A stretch of 63,158 bases of DNA, filler included, from Platydemus manokwari (taxonomy: Eukaryota), in assembly GCA_037951405.1 (NCBI GenBank). It is 5 parts of 5 records of this genome, joined end to end, with 100 filler letters (N's around TTAATTAATTAA, not from the genome) between each part and the next. Parts side by side here need not be neighbours in the genome. Positions count along the whole stretch, not along the records: positions 27,691 to 45,460 come from JBBMOY010822202.1; positions 45,561 to 63,158 come from JBBMOY010955528.1; 3 more parts are not named here. One strand, written 5' to 3'. Shown one piece after another: positions 36,402-49,900 of this stretch. The notes below the pieces were generated by a model. The model saw only the letters and a list, made by a program, of their open reading frames with translations. It made no database searches and was not told the origin of the DNA. The number at the start of each line of letters is the position of its first letter. The stretch's first letter is position 1. A program made the translations under genes and the position numbers.

Positions 36402-37159
36402 TTTATATATATTTATTTAATTTAGGAATATTTATATTAAAATATTATTATTAATAGACTTATTTCGTGTTTCAATACACATTGGAATTTTCGTTTCTCA
36501 TTTCTATTAGTGGATTTACAGTGTATAACTTTTTAAAAGCTAAAATTCTTCCTTGTCGTCAATCGATTTGTTCGACTCGAATAAAAAGTTTAATAATTAT
36601 TCCATTTTAAATTTTATCAATAATGAATTTGGAATGATTCTGGAACTGTTTTTGTTACTATTTCCCATTAGAAACGAACTTAATTATCTCGCGAGAATTT
36701 AATTTGAAGACGCTACATGGTTTGTATTTAATTCACATCACAGCATGTAAATTGGCCCAGAGTCGATTTAAATTTAAAAATATTTTTAATCTCCCCATTC
36801 ACAACATGAAATGAATGGTATAAATAATGTGAGATGATTTTGAATGTGGAGTTTGGTAAGATGAATATATAATAAGATTAAGTAATGAAATCGAGACGGT
36901 ATTTCTAATATATATAGCTGGATAATTAAAATTTATTTAACTTTAACGAGGAGAACGAACTAAATCAAGGTTTTGAGAGGAAAACAAATTAAAAAACTTA
37001 ATAAAACTTGATGGAGTTATTGATTGTATTACCTTATTTAATGTCATATAGGCTGTATAGGCATATAGGACTCATATATTGGTGAATGCAACTTAGCAGC
37101 ACATTACACAAGGAGAAAACACCGGGATATAAACTAAAACACAGCAAGAAATGATAAAG

Positions 37160-37520
37160 CACATTAAAAGGTTTATTCACATCTAAAAGCTGTAATTTGC
37201 ATGTCAGACTATCAGGAATGAAAACTAACTGGGTTTTCATTTCAACCACCTTTTTGATTATGGATACAGTTCTATGTGCTATAAACCGATCCCCGAACAG
37301 AAGAGAGGGTTTTCTTGACCTTATATTTTGTAACCATAGTTTCATTCTATTTTTGTCCATACATCCTTTTTGGTGGACATGTACAAATGCGTCCGTTGTA
37401 ATTTTATTGCTAGGCAGATTTTTTTGAAAAATCAATTGAGACGGCAGTTTATGCCATCAGCATAACATGTCAGAACTGTTGTATAGTGGTTTAAATTGAG
37501 ACCATTTCAGATCATATTCA
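37160..37520 (-). mobile_element. pogo/Tigger-family (Tc1-mariner, DDE_1) transposase relic
   Basis: HYTTVLTCYA../KLPSQLIFQK..VHVHQKGCMDKNRMKLWLQNI..PSLLFGDRFIAH..LVFIPDSLTCKLQLLDVNKPF. Confidence 0.9.
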
Positions 37521-38711
37521 ACATACATATTTTTCGTGCATTTATCCTAACAGATACTACAAAGATTAGCGTACGGAACTTCATAACTTCATTTATGAAA
37601 CGCAGGCAATATCTTGAACCAAAATTTTGATAAATGAGTGGGTCCTATATGCACTCAAATGCGGTAAATGTCGAAAATTTCTCTTTGATTAATTAAAATT
37701 TAAATCCATTTTCTAGTATCTTAGGATTTCCAGGCTTAATACCTTAGAAGAGCCTAGAACCATTAGCACTTAGATAAAGTTCAGCCTGAGGAAAAGTTAT
37801 CATTAGTAGATTCAACAAGCTGGTAACCATGACTACAATGATATAAAAATGACGAAAAGTATACATCCAATGTCAGTGTGAACTTGTGTGTGTCGTCTTA
37901 GTAAGCTACTGAATATTTTTGATTGTTTATTGAAAACATTTCCACGGTTGGAGAAAGATAAAGGTTGGTAATTCAAAATTTGGAATTGAGCATTAGTTTA
38001 GTTCTTGATGAGGTAATAATTAAATTATTTATTTCTCCGTGATTCTAAAGAAAGATTTCTCGACAAGAAACACTATCTAAATCATATAGCATTGACACAA
38101 CATCTTAACATAACAGTGATTAAAAAGTCGTCTGCAACTTTCTGTCATTTTTCTAATTCCATTGAATGGCTATATTTCAGTAGCAACTAAAGGCAATCGA
38201 TCTTATGCCTGTATTAATATCTTTTATTATAATTTTATAGCTGTTATCTAATAATGTAAAAATCAACAGATTAATAAATACATATATGTTCTTATCCTTC
38301 ATTAGACCGACTGAATAAATGGTAATAAGTGAGGCATAAACCAAATCAGACCAATCCATTTGACTATTGCATTGATATATGCAAGTATGGAATAAGTGTT
38401 TAATATGAGCTAACGTTAAAAAAATTAAATTTTAATGAGTATATTATTTAGCACATTGAATTTTCTTCAGTTCAACTGACTTTTCGTAAAAGCTCAATGA
38501 GAAATCCATTAAAAAGTATTTGCGAGGATTATATTCTTTTGCTTTGAGTATAATTTACATTTTCCCTTTGAAGAAATCGTTAATTAACTAATTGATATGT
38601 GAATTTTTAATTTTAATTTTTATATTTATTTAAAAAAGAATAACAATTGATAGATTTTTTCCCTGATTTTTTGGTTATAATTATAAATTGTCATCATAAT
38701 TTTGAAATGAA

Positions 38712-39260
38712 TGTTGGGTAGATTACAAATACATCAAAATAGTTACAAGAAATTAGCCTAAAAATGGTAGACACACAGATCCAATAAGCACATGCACCTA
38801 CAGCCAATCAGATCCGCTCTAATATTAATCAATATTTAGAAGTTAAAGATCGACAGGCACATTCCTACAAATAGCAACAAACTCAAATATCCGTCAATAA
38901 CATAAGAGATACAAGAAAAATTCCAAGCTGACCGATCCACGAGCAAATTCATCAAATGGAAAATGAAGATCCTTGGCATCAAGCATGGACAATCAATAGG
39001 TCTGTAAAAGAAATTGAGTTCCATGAGTAACTGCCAGTCTTTATGGTCGGTAACTTGCGTATTAATCTTAACTTTGTGTGATTTTCAGTAACCAGTTTTT
39101 TATTGTTTTCTATTCTGCTTTCGACTTTTGGCTGTTGATCTCATCTTGTGGGATAAACTATCGTTGATTATAAAGAGGTTTAATTGTACTTGTTGTGATT
39201 GAGATTGTAACATTTTGGACAATATAATTTTCAGGTGTAACTGTTAATGAATACCCAACA
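38712..39260 (+). mobile_element. Complete solo LTR, family B (Gypsy-type)
   Basis: 9-bp inverted termini TGTTGGGTA...TACCCAACA with a perfect 4-bp TSD TGAA; CCAAT boxes inside. Confidence 0.9.
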
Positions 39261-39681
39261 TGAAATAAAATATATTATTATTTATTGATATGTGTAATGA
39301 CCACGAAGGAAACACTCTAAACGAGAAGAGGCATAGGGACGTCATGAAGTTGATCCAGAATAAAGAAAGGCACTGTCGATAGAAGGAGAAAAATCACACC
39401 ATGATATCGATTGATCGATAAGCTTCTTATGAAAATTTATTGGCTTTGGTGATAAATCCGATATTACAAGATTGAATTTACGCGAACGTTCGAAAAATGC
39501 AGATATTAAATCACCAGTATCTGTGTAAAAATTTATTATTATGATAATTTTTCATAAAATTGTAGTGTGTAATGATATTTTATAATGAATTATTCAATAT
39601 CATGTAATACGCTGTGAAGTGAGATTATATTTCAAATCATATTTTGAGATTTACGAAACAAAATTCTCGTTTGTTAAGCGG

Positions 39682-39900
39682 TTATTGATAATCGAAAATA
39701 TAATAAATAATTATATTGTGCAAATGTGCAAATCGATTTATAACTTCATGTAGAATATTATAGATCCAAAAATCTATATATTTCCAAAATAAATATCGAC
39801 AATGTTTATTCAAGTCAGCAATATTGAAACAATCAATTAATTGATCAATATTTAAGTAATTAATAACTTTTCCCATAATCGCACTTGTTTTCTCTCATTT
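39682..39900 (-). pseudogene. Possible F-box relic
   Basis: IMGKVINYLNIDQLIDCFNIADLNKHCRYLFWKYIDF fits F-box spacing (IxxxIxxYLxxxxL...LWRxIDL). Confidence 0.35.
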
Positions 39901-41569
39901 TGTCTGAATTATAGATGCCAGAAATAATTATCTACCGGGTATCAGTTTTATTAAATATTGATACTAGCAATATGGAGAACACATTTATATGTGAATGGGA
40001 ACGATCTATATTTTAGTTTTCATTTTTAATTATTTTAAATTGATAAATTTTTTTTATTTTTAGATTTTATTCATACAAGAAAATCTGTTACGGATAAAAT
40101 TCAATTTATATTTACCCATTTTTTTAATAATCTATAAAATAAATATAATTATCTCTATAATAATAATGATAATTATAATTATTATTATGGATAATATATT
40201 AAATTAGCTATGCTGTACTCATATGGGAAACCATTAGAGCCACATAAGCAATCAAATAAATACAAACAATTTGCATAGAAAATTTTCAGTAAATAGAGCA
40301 AATATAATCCATGTACATGATAATAAAATTATATATTTACATAAAAATTAGTTATATTAAATATTATATATATATATATATATAATAAAATGGAGCTGAA
40401 ATACTGTTTTCATTTCAAAGGGTGGCTGTAGTGCACAAGCTAAATTAGATAAGATAAATTATCATAAGATAATTACCATATTGGGTATCTACCACATGAG
40501 AACAATCAATACTTTTAAAGTCCTTGCTAGAATCTTTATAGGGGAAGTAGAGATGCTTAATGTTACTAAGATTATAATTGTAAAGTATCAAATCATACAA
40601 ATTCAATAAAATAGTTAGCACACAACACACAAAGATCACAAATCAAAGTAACTCATAAAACAGAAATACCAAATGTTGAATATCAAATCACAACGGGTTC
40701 AGAATCAAGCAGATAAAAATAACGACATCGAAAACCGATAATAAAAGATTGGCACCGGTCTTCGAAAATGCACTTCTTTTATAAATTTACAGACCTGTTT
40801 TCTTGTAATTTTTTTCCCATTTACTAGAAATGTCTGAATATTATTTCGTTGACGAATTCCTTCCTCCATCTCTTATATTATTGGCGCATATTCGTTGAGC
40901 TCAAATGAGCTATCGAGACACAATCAGAGATTGATGATTTAAAGACCAATGATCGGCTAATGTCGCATGTGCTTTCTGTGCTTGAAGGTTATTCCTATGA
41001 TTTGTTTGATAGGTATCTTTAATAAATTTGCCCTATACCTCACATTATTCATATCCTATTAGAAAAAATTGATTTAATAACAATATTTATTGATCATATC
41101 GAACATTTTAGATGATTCTGATTTATGAAATTGAAAACTATGTGTTTATCATTTGCTGTCATGTGTTATTTTATACATTCAGGAATTTATAACGATGAAA
41201 TACTTGATATGGAACACAAAGAGGAGGATTGTTTTCATAAATATATAATTTTTTGAGTGATATAAAAAGCTCATCGATAATTATTAACCACGGTATGGAT
41301 AAACAAAATAAATGAAATAACGTCTAAATTATTAATATATTGATTTTTCCAGATTAGCGGAAAATTTGGCCAACTGGTGATTATCTGTTTATATTTTTAT
41401 AATAGATTGTATTGAAATTGAGGAAAAATAGAAAACCACCATAAACTTTCACCGGTAACTTCGATAATCGGAAAAACATAAGTTCGTTATATCTTAGATA
41501 TTTGAATTGTTTTAATATGCGGTAAAACGCGCGTTATTTTTGAAACAATAAATTTCAATGCAAACAAAC

Positions 41570-42010
41570 GATGGCTAGCATGCCTCAATAAATGCTCTTA
41601 CAAAAGCCTAAAGTAAAGAGGGGCAGAAAATTTTTTCAAATCTACCCCAAACAACTCAGGAGCTATTCATTTCAAAACCGTCGTTCTTCGTTCTTTTATG
41701 TTTCAATCACAGATGCTGATAAATGGTACCAGACAACCAAGGATTTCGCCACGTTTAACATAATGGTTGAGGGATGACGCCAAACAACTGTATCAAATGA
41801 AGAGAGAAATAAATGGTTTTTGGAAACCTTCTCACATACTAAGACAGTGTCCTCCTACAAGATTTAGGCTTTAGCAGCAATGCAGAAAAAACCAGATGAA
41901 AAGTTATGACGGAGGAGAGGATCTTGAAGAAATTTCAAGACTATTTATTCATGAAGTTATTTAGGATTCATCACACCATTTTAGGATGATCAACAGAGCC
42001 AGTGCAATGA
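41570..42010 (+). mobile_element. Possible Gypsy gag relic
   Basis: LETFSHTKTVSSYKI*ALAAMQKKPDEK resembles the retrotransposon gag helix followed by Q.xxE; frameshifted. Confidence 0.35.
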
Positions 42011-42196
42011 ATTTTTGTTTTCATGACATTGTTCTTTTCTTGGTTGATTTTCTAAATCTTAATATTAAAGCTAATTATCAAGTATCATCTCGATTTTATT
42101 ATTTATTAACGATCAATCGTACTTGGTCTTTTAAGAGAAATATTTACAAGATAAGCATGAATCGAGTATAGACAACTGTTCACTTCAAATTAGTAC

Positions 42197-42972
42197 TGTT
42201 AAATGATGAAAATATTAAAAAAAATTAATAAATAAACTACATTTTGCTGAAAATTAGTCCTATTTCAGCCATCGATTGGAGCATTCAAGAACGATAACTG
42301 CAATGATGATGATGGTAAAATAATACGAATAGTGTGCTTTTATGGCCTTCTATGGGGCTCTTCAAAGCCTCGCAATAAATACAGATAGGAATAAAATAAA
42401 TCTAGAAAATAGTTAACGGGTTATATAATAATTATGACACCAATTCCTCTAATAATCCAAAACCCAGGATTACTATATTGTGGCTTAAAACCACGCAGAA
42501 CCTGACGGGATTTAAAAGCGCTAACAGGCAATAAATTTTTACGCAGTATTGCCAACAGTATAAATCCCATTGGAGTACGAAAAATTGAAGAAATCTAATT
42601 CATGATGGATTACAAATTGGACTACGATAATGATGGATGATCGTGGATCAATCTGATAAATTACTTACATTAATAATTATAAGTTAATTAATTATAATTA
42701 ATTATAATTATTATATAAAGCACATATTATCAACTAGTATAAATAGTTGAAAAATATTAGATAAAATTACACAAAGTTTTTGTTTAAATTCACAACTTAG
42801 AAAGTTTGGTTGTAATATTTTATTTTACATTGTATTTTCATGTTTTAGGGTACCCAGGTGGGTACGGATTAGTATACCCTTATTAAAAAGATTCTGCATT
42901 TTAAATTGTTTGTTTTAATTAAATAAACATTATGCTTTCATTTTATTTTAGCTCTGCATCTCCATATTATAA
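42197..42972 (+). mobile_element. Solo LTR, family D
   Basis: TGTTAAA start, TATA box TAGTATAAATAG and AATAAA; homologous to the inverted copy at 46368-47100. Confidence 0.7.
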
Positions 42973-43496
42973 TCCGTATGGTTACTTATTGATTGATTTG
43001 TATTCTTGAATTAAAGGAGAAAGGATTACGAAAAGAGTATTTTCTCATATGATTTAAGTTGAAAGAAAGAATATTAGTGAAAATATTCGATAATAACGAT
43101 TGAATTTTATTGGAAGAAAATAATATCGATCAAAAATAAATCAAATATATATAATTGATCGAAAAATCGATAAGGCAATTTAATTAATCAAGAACAAACT
43201 CATTAAATTGGTTTAAATGAATAATTTGTACATTTTCCCATCGATTTTGTCCTATCTTCCATTAATTTGATCTAATTAATATTCAAAATCGTGTCGTATC
43301 GCAATGAGTTAACTTGTAATTTTTATTTACATACATATATATTTGTATACAATTTCGAGATCTTTTTTACCATCGATACATATTTTCAGCATGTTTTTAG
43401 TGATGAGGTAATAAAATAAAAAAATTAACGAACTTAATTATAAAATTTAATTGCTCATTAGTTATACATTTAAGTTGAATAAGGTTTATTATTACT

Positions 43497-43567
43497 TATT
43501 GATTATTTATTGATTATTTATTGATTATTTATTGATTATTTATTGCTTATTTATTGATTACTTATTA
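43497..43567 (+). repeat. 11-bp minisatellite (TTATTGATTAT)n
   Basis: About 6 tandem copies visible. Confidence 0.9.
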
Positions 43568-43595
43568 ATTAACTATATTTCGATAATAAAATAGA

Positions 43596-44112
43596 TGTTG
43601 GGTAGATCACAAATCAATCAAAAAGGTCACACCAACCAAGAAAATAACCCTAAAAAGTTTGACACACACTGATCCGATAAGCACAGTCAGTCTGATTCTT
43701 TCTAATACTAATCAATATTTAAAAGTTAAGAATCAACGGGCAAATTCCTGCAAATGACAACAAACTCAAAAATTTCAATCAGACCGTTCTACGAACGAAT
43801 TCACCAAATGGTAAACGGAGATCCGTAACATCAAGCCGACATACTCAATAGGTCTATAAAGCAGGTAGAGTTCCATGAGTAACTGCCAGTCTTTTTGGTC
43901 GTTAACTTGTGTATCTTAACTTTGTGTGATTTTCAGTAACCAGTCTTTTCGGCTCCATTCTATTTTGTCTTCGACCTTTGGGTGCTGATTCCATCTTGTG
44001 TCACAGACTATCGTGACTTGAGGATAGATTTAACAGTAGTTGTTTTAATTGACATTGTAACATTCTGGACAATATAATTTTCAGGTTTAATTGTCAACTA
44101 TAACACTCAATA
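43596..44112 (+). mobile_element. Complete solo LTR, family B
   Basis: TGTTGGGTA...ACTCAATA termini with a 4-bp TSD TAGA; aligns with 38712-39260. Confidence 0.88.
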
Positions 44113-44309
44113 TAGATATTATTCTGTAGATAATATTTATTGCTTATTGGTAACAATTGGAGTTCGAAACATCAGAAAATTTAAATTGGTTCCGTTGAGT
44201 TTCCGTACAATTTTACACTGCAAAAAACAAATATATTGAAATTTAATTATGGTTTATTTGACAAAATATCTCTTTGATTTGATTTTAATAATATTGTATT
44301 TCAACGTTT

Positions 44310-44570
44310 TCATGAGTGAGATGAAATCCTGCAAAAAGAAAACGGATTTGCACCTTGGAACTCTTGTTTTAGCACTTTAAACATTTCCATGCCTACATAA
44401 TCATACAGGCATAATCAACCAATCAATGAAAGTGGAGTTAGATCGTAAACGGCAGTTGGAAAAAGTGCATAGTTACACAACAACGCACACATTGGGATTG
44501 ACCAATCCCACGCTTGCAGAAAATTAAAAGCCCAATAAGAACATGGAAAAGCAAAGATCAAATCAATAAC
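44310..44570 (+). mobile_element. LTR family A partial copy, opposite orientation
   Basis: GATTTGCACCTT..TTTTAGCACTTT..CCAATAAGAACATGGAAAA is the reverse complement of family A blocks. Confidence 0.75.
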
Positions 44571-44599
44571 TCAATAATTAGCTCGGGATCAAAATAATT

Positions 44600-45260
44600 A
44601 TTTAACCATGACGTTTCATTCTCAAAAAAATTAAACAATCGACATCCAAATAATTATTTCAATCGGTACCGCAATTAGGAGGCATTTTAAAAAGCATTTC
44701 ATAAAATTAATCAAGTATGGAAGATTATCAGATACGAGTACGAATGACAGTGTTAAATAATATAATCATGGACTATACTAGCTTACTTAAGTTTGAGTAA
44801 TGTTTGCTGTTTGAGAATATGTGGGTTTCCATGTTATTGATTCGTCTCAAAAAAACCTCAAAATGATTCTGTATGACTTCATTGATTTAATAGTCATCAC
44901 TTTCGAGTCTTTAGACAAAACAGAAAGTGATGATTCAGAGCTGATGATAAACACTCAATGCTCAGGGATCCCACAAATTCAAGAAGACGGACTACCAGTC
45001 TATCTTTCTATTCCTTTTTTATCGTTTGTTATGTATACATATATGCATTGCAAAGCTCAGCAAGGTGATAATCATAAATCTTCTAAGCAATTTGAAACTT
45101 CTAGATATTTATGATAAGAATAATTCAAACTTCAAAAGTCGAACATCTTTCCAAAGCTAACACTCAGTTCCATGGAAGAAAATAATGTGTGGCTCCAGTT
45201 GCCACGCTAATCCACCGGCAATTATAAATTTAAACCAAATTGAATAAATTAATCCGCGGC
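44600..45260 (+). pseudogene. Endogenous Mononegavirales (rhabdovirus-like) L RdRp core, motifs A-B-C-D
   Basis: IIMDYTS (motif A, 44768), then YVGFHVIDSSQKNLKMILY (cf. VSV [22 protein letters not shown]), QCSGIPQIQEDGL (motif B, cf. QEGGLEGLRQKGW), KAQQGDNH at 45052-45075 (motif C, AQGDNQ; B-C spacing within one residue of VSV) and TGNYKFKPN (motif D). Confidence 0.75.
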
Positions 45261-45460
45261 AAATTCAAAGTTATTTTAAAATATTGCTAATAAATATCTA
45301 ATCAGCTTTAATTATTTCATTTTCTGAGAAAGAATCTGAAACTTATTTGCTGAATTATAGATACAATATTTTATATATTGAAAGAAACTCGAATGACATC
45401 CAACTATTAAAATGATATATTATAGTTTTGTGTAAATTTCGAAAACCTAAAATACAATCT

Positions 45461-45560
45461 NNNNNNNNNNNNNNNNNNNNNNNNNNNNNNNNNNNNNNNN
45501 NNNNTTAATTAATTAANNNNNNNNNNNNNNNNNNNNNNNNNNNNNNNNNNNNNNNNNNNN
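45461..45560. other. Artificial assembly spacer
   Basis: 44N-TTAATTAATTAA-44N. Confidence 0.98.
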
Positions 45561-45564
45561 ATAT

Positions 45565-45900
45565 ATGCAGACAGAACTCAGCAAAAAGATGATATACTGT
45601 CATTTCCGGAAAAATGTAATTCTATTCTATCGCCTTATCGTATTAGTAAGTCAGGTTTCTTAAACAAATTCACTGTATTTATTAATTAGTTAAATTTCCA
45701 CAACTTCAATTCAATCGTGCTATACAATTCTACGAATTCATATATCCGTCTTAAATCTTTCATATTAAAATTAATCCGAAACTATCGATTGGATTCATCA
45801 AACGAAAGTGAAATCAATGGACCAATTAGATTCTAGCAATCTTCTTGTCTACGAATAAGAAATTTAAATAGCTGAATAAAATAATGTTCCTCGAGTTTAA
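45565..45900 (-). pseudogene. TRAF MATH-domain relic (C-terminal half)
   Basis: NWS../FHFRLMNPID...FR/NDSI/IFAE (cf. WPF...FxLxNx...YIKDDTIFI). Confidence 0.4.
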
Positions 45901-46367
45901 TTCTTTTGATTAATCACAATTATGTCTTAATTTTGTTATCATTCGATATTTTAGTCTTTGTACTATACATTTGATCTGCGATAATATCTTAATTATTTAT
46001 GTTTATATAGATTATTTATAATAACAAGTTATTGAAGAAATATTATTTTGCTCATATTCCCTTTTAGAAATTCTAAAATGCATGAAATTTGCACACTATT
46101 TCGAATATCAATAACTAACTACTCAAACCATAAAGTTAACAACATTACATTTTTCTATGGCCCATATATATAATTAAGAAAAATTTTACTTACTATGCAT
46201 GTACTTGATCCGAGATCATTGTTTGGTAGTCGAGCTATCATTCTATTGTTAAATGTTTGGCTTCGTTATTTCGATATATCTTGTGAAAGAATAATGTAAC
46301 GAAGAAAACGATTATTCACGAGTTCACTTATTTAACAACAAATGATCCTGTTGTTATATAAGCCAGT

Positions 46368-47100
46368 ATTTAATATAGAAATACAGAATTAAAACAAGAT
46401 TAAACAATAATGTTTATTCAATTAAAATAAATAATTTAAAAGGCAGAATTGATTTATACAGGGTAGCGTAGTGCGTATGTACTTTGGCACCCTAAAATAT
46501 GACAATAAAATATCGTTAACGTACTTTATAATAAATTTTTAAATTTGAACAGAAATTTTTATTTTTGAGTAATTTTATATAATATTTTAAACTATTTATA
46601 CTAGTTGATAATATGTACTTTATATAATTATTATAATTAATTATAATTAATTATAGTATAATAATTATTTTTTAATTTATTATCAGATTAAGCTACTATC
46701 AGCCATCATACAAGGTGTTCAATCTGTAAGCCGTTATGAATTGAATGTGTCGAAATTTATTACTTGTCAACGCTTTAAAATCCCGATGGGTTCGCGTGAA
46801 TTTTTAATCCTGGGTTTTGGGTTACTTGATGAATTGGTATCAAAATTATTATATAAATAGATCGTTATTTTCTACATTTCTTTTAGTCCTATTTGTCTCT
46901 GATCCGAGGCACTGATGAGGTCTATGGGACATTATCCCTATAATAAAACTACCACCATCATTTTAGCTATCGTTCTTGAAGGTTCCGAGAAATCGTCCTA
47001 TATATCTCTCTCTACCGGGATACTAGTGAGGCCTATGGAGTGCCGAAATAGGACCCGTTTTTGAACAATAGGTAATTTATTGTATCTTGACCACTTAACA
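46368..47100 (-). mobile_element. Solo LTR, family D, inverted copy
   Basis: Ends CTTAACA. CTATTTATACTAGTTGATAATATGT and AATCCTGGGTTTTGG are reverse complements of blocks in 42197-42972. Confidence 0.7.
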
Positions 47101-48029
47101 CAATTAATAATAAAAGTTAAAAATAAAATTTAAAAGTTCTATAATAATGAAATAATTATTACCAAATGATATTTTTAATAATTATTGTGATCGATATGAT
47201 GATGTGGACCAGAATTTCTTATAAACAGTTTCACACAGTCAAATAGTGAGTGATAAGATCTGTGAATGAGGTCGTAGAGTTCACTATTTACTGGATAATT
47301 AAATGATGAATCCGAGATCCACTTCGAAACCGATGAATTTATATATAGGCGACTACTAAATTACTAATTTGCTTAATTATCTGTTCACGGTTCAATCAAT
47401 AACTTTAATAACGTTTTAAATCATAACAACAACAATAATAATAATTATTATAATATTAATAATTTTTAAAATAGCAATTTTAATAATTTATAAACATAAA
47501 ATTATCTCTAACAATTTAATTAATAACTCAACTATAGCTGAATTACTATTCTTATCAAATTATAATAATAAATTATGAAATCATAAAATATTTTTTATGA
47601 ACATAAATTAATTTATTTCATAGGATTGTGTGGTAATCGAAATTGACAACTTTAATTAAGGATATGTATTTGTTTCTTACATTAATTTATTTTTCAAAAA
47701 ATATTTTAATCCTTCAAATTTTTTAAATAAAAAAATATAAATTGACAATTAAAAAATTAATATTATTGTGTGTGCGAATGTATGTTAATTGATCAGATAA
47801 TTCTCAAAATAATTTTCATGGAAATAGGTACTGAATTGATCTATTAAGCCGTTTTGAAAGTACGAGATTTGTTTTAAAAATTGAATTTCATCACAAGCAC
47901 TATATTAATGTAATATTTAGTACGTTTTATGATTAAAAACTATTCTGAGATTAAATGAGATCAAAAATATTATTAAAATCATTAAATTCTGAAATATTTG
48001 ATACTGAAATACTGTTTTATACTGCGAGA

Positions 48030-49900
48030 TAATCATGCAATGATAACTATGGACCGGATTTTCGAAGAGTTGAAGATCAGTTCAGATTTTGTCAGAGGCT
48101 ATATTGATTGAAAATTCTAAACTGTGAGAATTTTTAAATGAATTAAAATTTTTAAAGATTTAATTTAAATTTTATAATTTTATTAATTTATTTATATAAT
48201 TGTATTTAAATTTATAATTTGTTGCGGTGACTTTTCAGTTCGCTTAGTAGCGGCTTACAAAGGTGAAAAATACTCGTCCTGGATTACTATGAATCATTTT
48301 CTCTTGATCGCATTTGAAGTTTGAACTAATAACGCATCGGCAAGTTGGCGGAAACTGATAGTGTGATTAAAAAATGCTTCCCAATAATGATTACTTTATG
48401 AGATTATCAATGATCAATACTCCATATCAATTTTAAGATATTACGTGACACAATTGATATTTCCGGATATTCAAAGCCCAATTGGATGGAGATTATTTTA
48501 GAAAATTCAGTCATTTTCAGTTAGAAGAGTAATTAACGAATTTTAAGCTGAAGATTGGATTTAAACATTTGATATTGGATGAATAGAGTCCTTCACTAAT
48601 GACATTGTGAAGATCAAAACCCTAATGACGCTTTTAGACCCTGGAGAATAATTCATAACCTAATTCGCTATATGAGATTCTTTTTCTGAGATGATTATGA
48701 GATGTTATTCTAATCACAAATCGAATATCGTTACTTAATCTAGTTCAACTTCACAACTTTAACAATGATCAAACACAATTTTGGATCTTATAATGAAAGT
48801 ATTGATAATTCTTTTTATCGAACATATAATCAAACAATTCAACGTTATGCCAATTATTGGATATCTCTTGCAATTACAACTTGGAATCTCAATAAATTTG
48901 GTGCCAAATTTCCAAATAATTGTTTCACAATATAAACCATAATAGTCTTGGAGGTTTCGTAGGTCAGCTCATTATAAAGATGTTAATGTTTCAGAGAGAT
49001 AACAATCGATAACAAAACAATCACGATTCTTGTAGATAATAATTATAAATACTTGCCAGAGTATCTGTTTAATAAGAAAGTCCGAGACTCTGGTGTGTTA
49101 TTCTGTTTGGTTTTATAATCAATAAATGAACCCTTATAATTGATCTGTTAAACTGGAATTGCTATCTCTAACTATCACTTTCAACAAAGGAGCTTATCTC
49201 TTCTGTCATTGGATGTGTCAGAAAAGTTGTTTAAATACAAATATATGTAAGGCTCAAGGCATTTTAATAATTTAAAAATTTATAACTACAATAGAGACTC
49301 ACCACTCATTGATATCGATATTTTTGAGAGATTCAAAAAAATTGTATAATGTACTTTGAGTATAAAGATGTCAAAATTCATATTCTTATGAATGATTAAC
49401 TTGGCCAAAAGCACATTATTCATTCCCTGCAAAAATGAATACGGAGATATAATAAAACTTATTAGCTCTTAAACGTTGTTCATAATATCATAAGCTTCAC
49501 ATTTAACTCGATAGTCGACAATGACTTCATAAGCAATCATCTTGAAGCTTAATATATTTTTCATTAATAAAAAATTTTTTGCAAAGGCACTATTAAGAGA
49601 AAAATACTTGAATTTGCAACGCAGATATAATGCCAAAGATACATGCTTGAGTTTCCTCCATCAATTCTTTAATTGGTCTAATCTGCTAATATGTGTTAAG
49701 ATTAAATAATCAAATTATAAAGGTATCAAATGTCAACTCGATCATTGTGATTTAATAGACGAAGCAGATAACTACATTTAGACATCGTGCATCTAACTCA
49801 GATTGTGCATTGTACAAAACAAACCAAGCTATGCAGTGTCAATTCGCATAATAAATTCATTGTCAAATAGCATAGCAAGGCCCCCTAAAGTACTCTCAGC
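48030..49900 (+). pseudogene. Endogenous negative-strand RNA virus L fragment (pre-A to post-palm), decayed and interrupted by repeat C
   Basis: KLAETDSVIKKCFP (48342), TIDISGYSK (motif A-like, ~48450), NNDQ../FGSYNESIDNSF, and HNSLGGFVGQLIIKMLMFQRDN (48938; cf. DPSLGGVSGMSLxRFxIRxFxDP). Confidence 0.55.
48130..48260 (-). repeat. Repeat family C fragment, inverted
   Basis: GTGACTTTTCAGTTCG..AGCGGCTTAC is the reverse complement of the family C core. Confidence 0.75.

Noticed and set aside
9333-45560. Four regularly structured TTAATTAATTAA palindromes flanked by N runs
   Set aside because: They are identical 100-bp six-frame-stop assembly linkers, not biology. They also mean linkage between contigs is unverified.
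42197-47100. Large inverted repeat suggesting one composite element with ~750-bp TIRs carrying the viral RdRp relic
   Set aside because: The arms are visibly diverged with indels, have LTR features, share no TSD and lie on either side of an assembly spacer. Independent solo LTRs explain them better.
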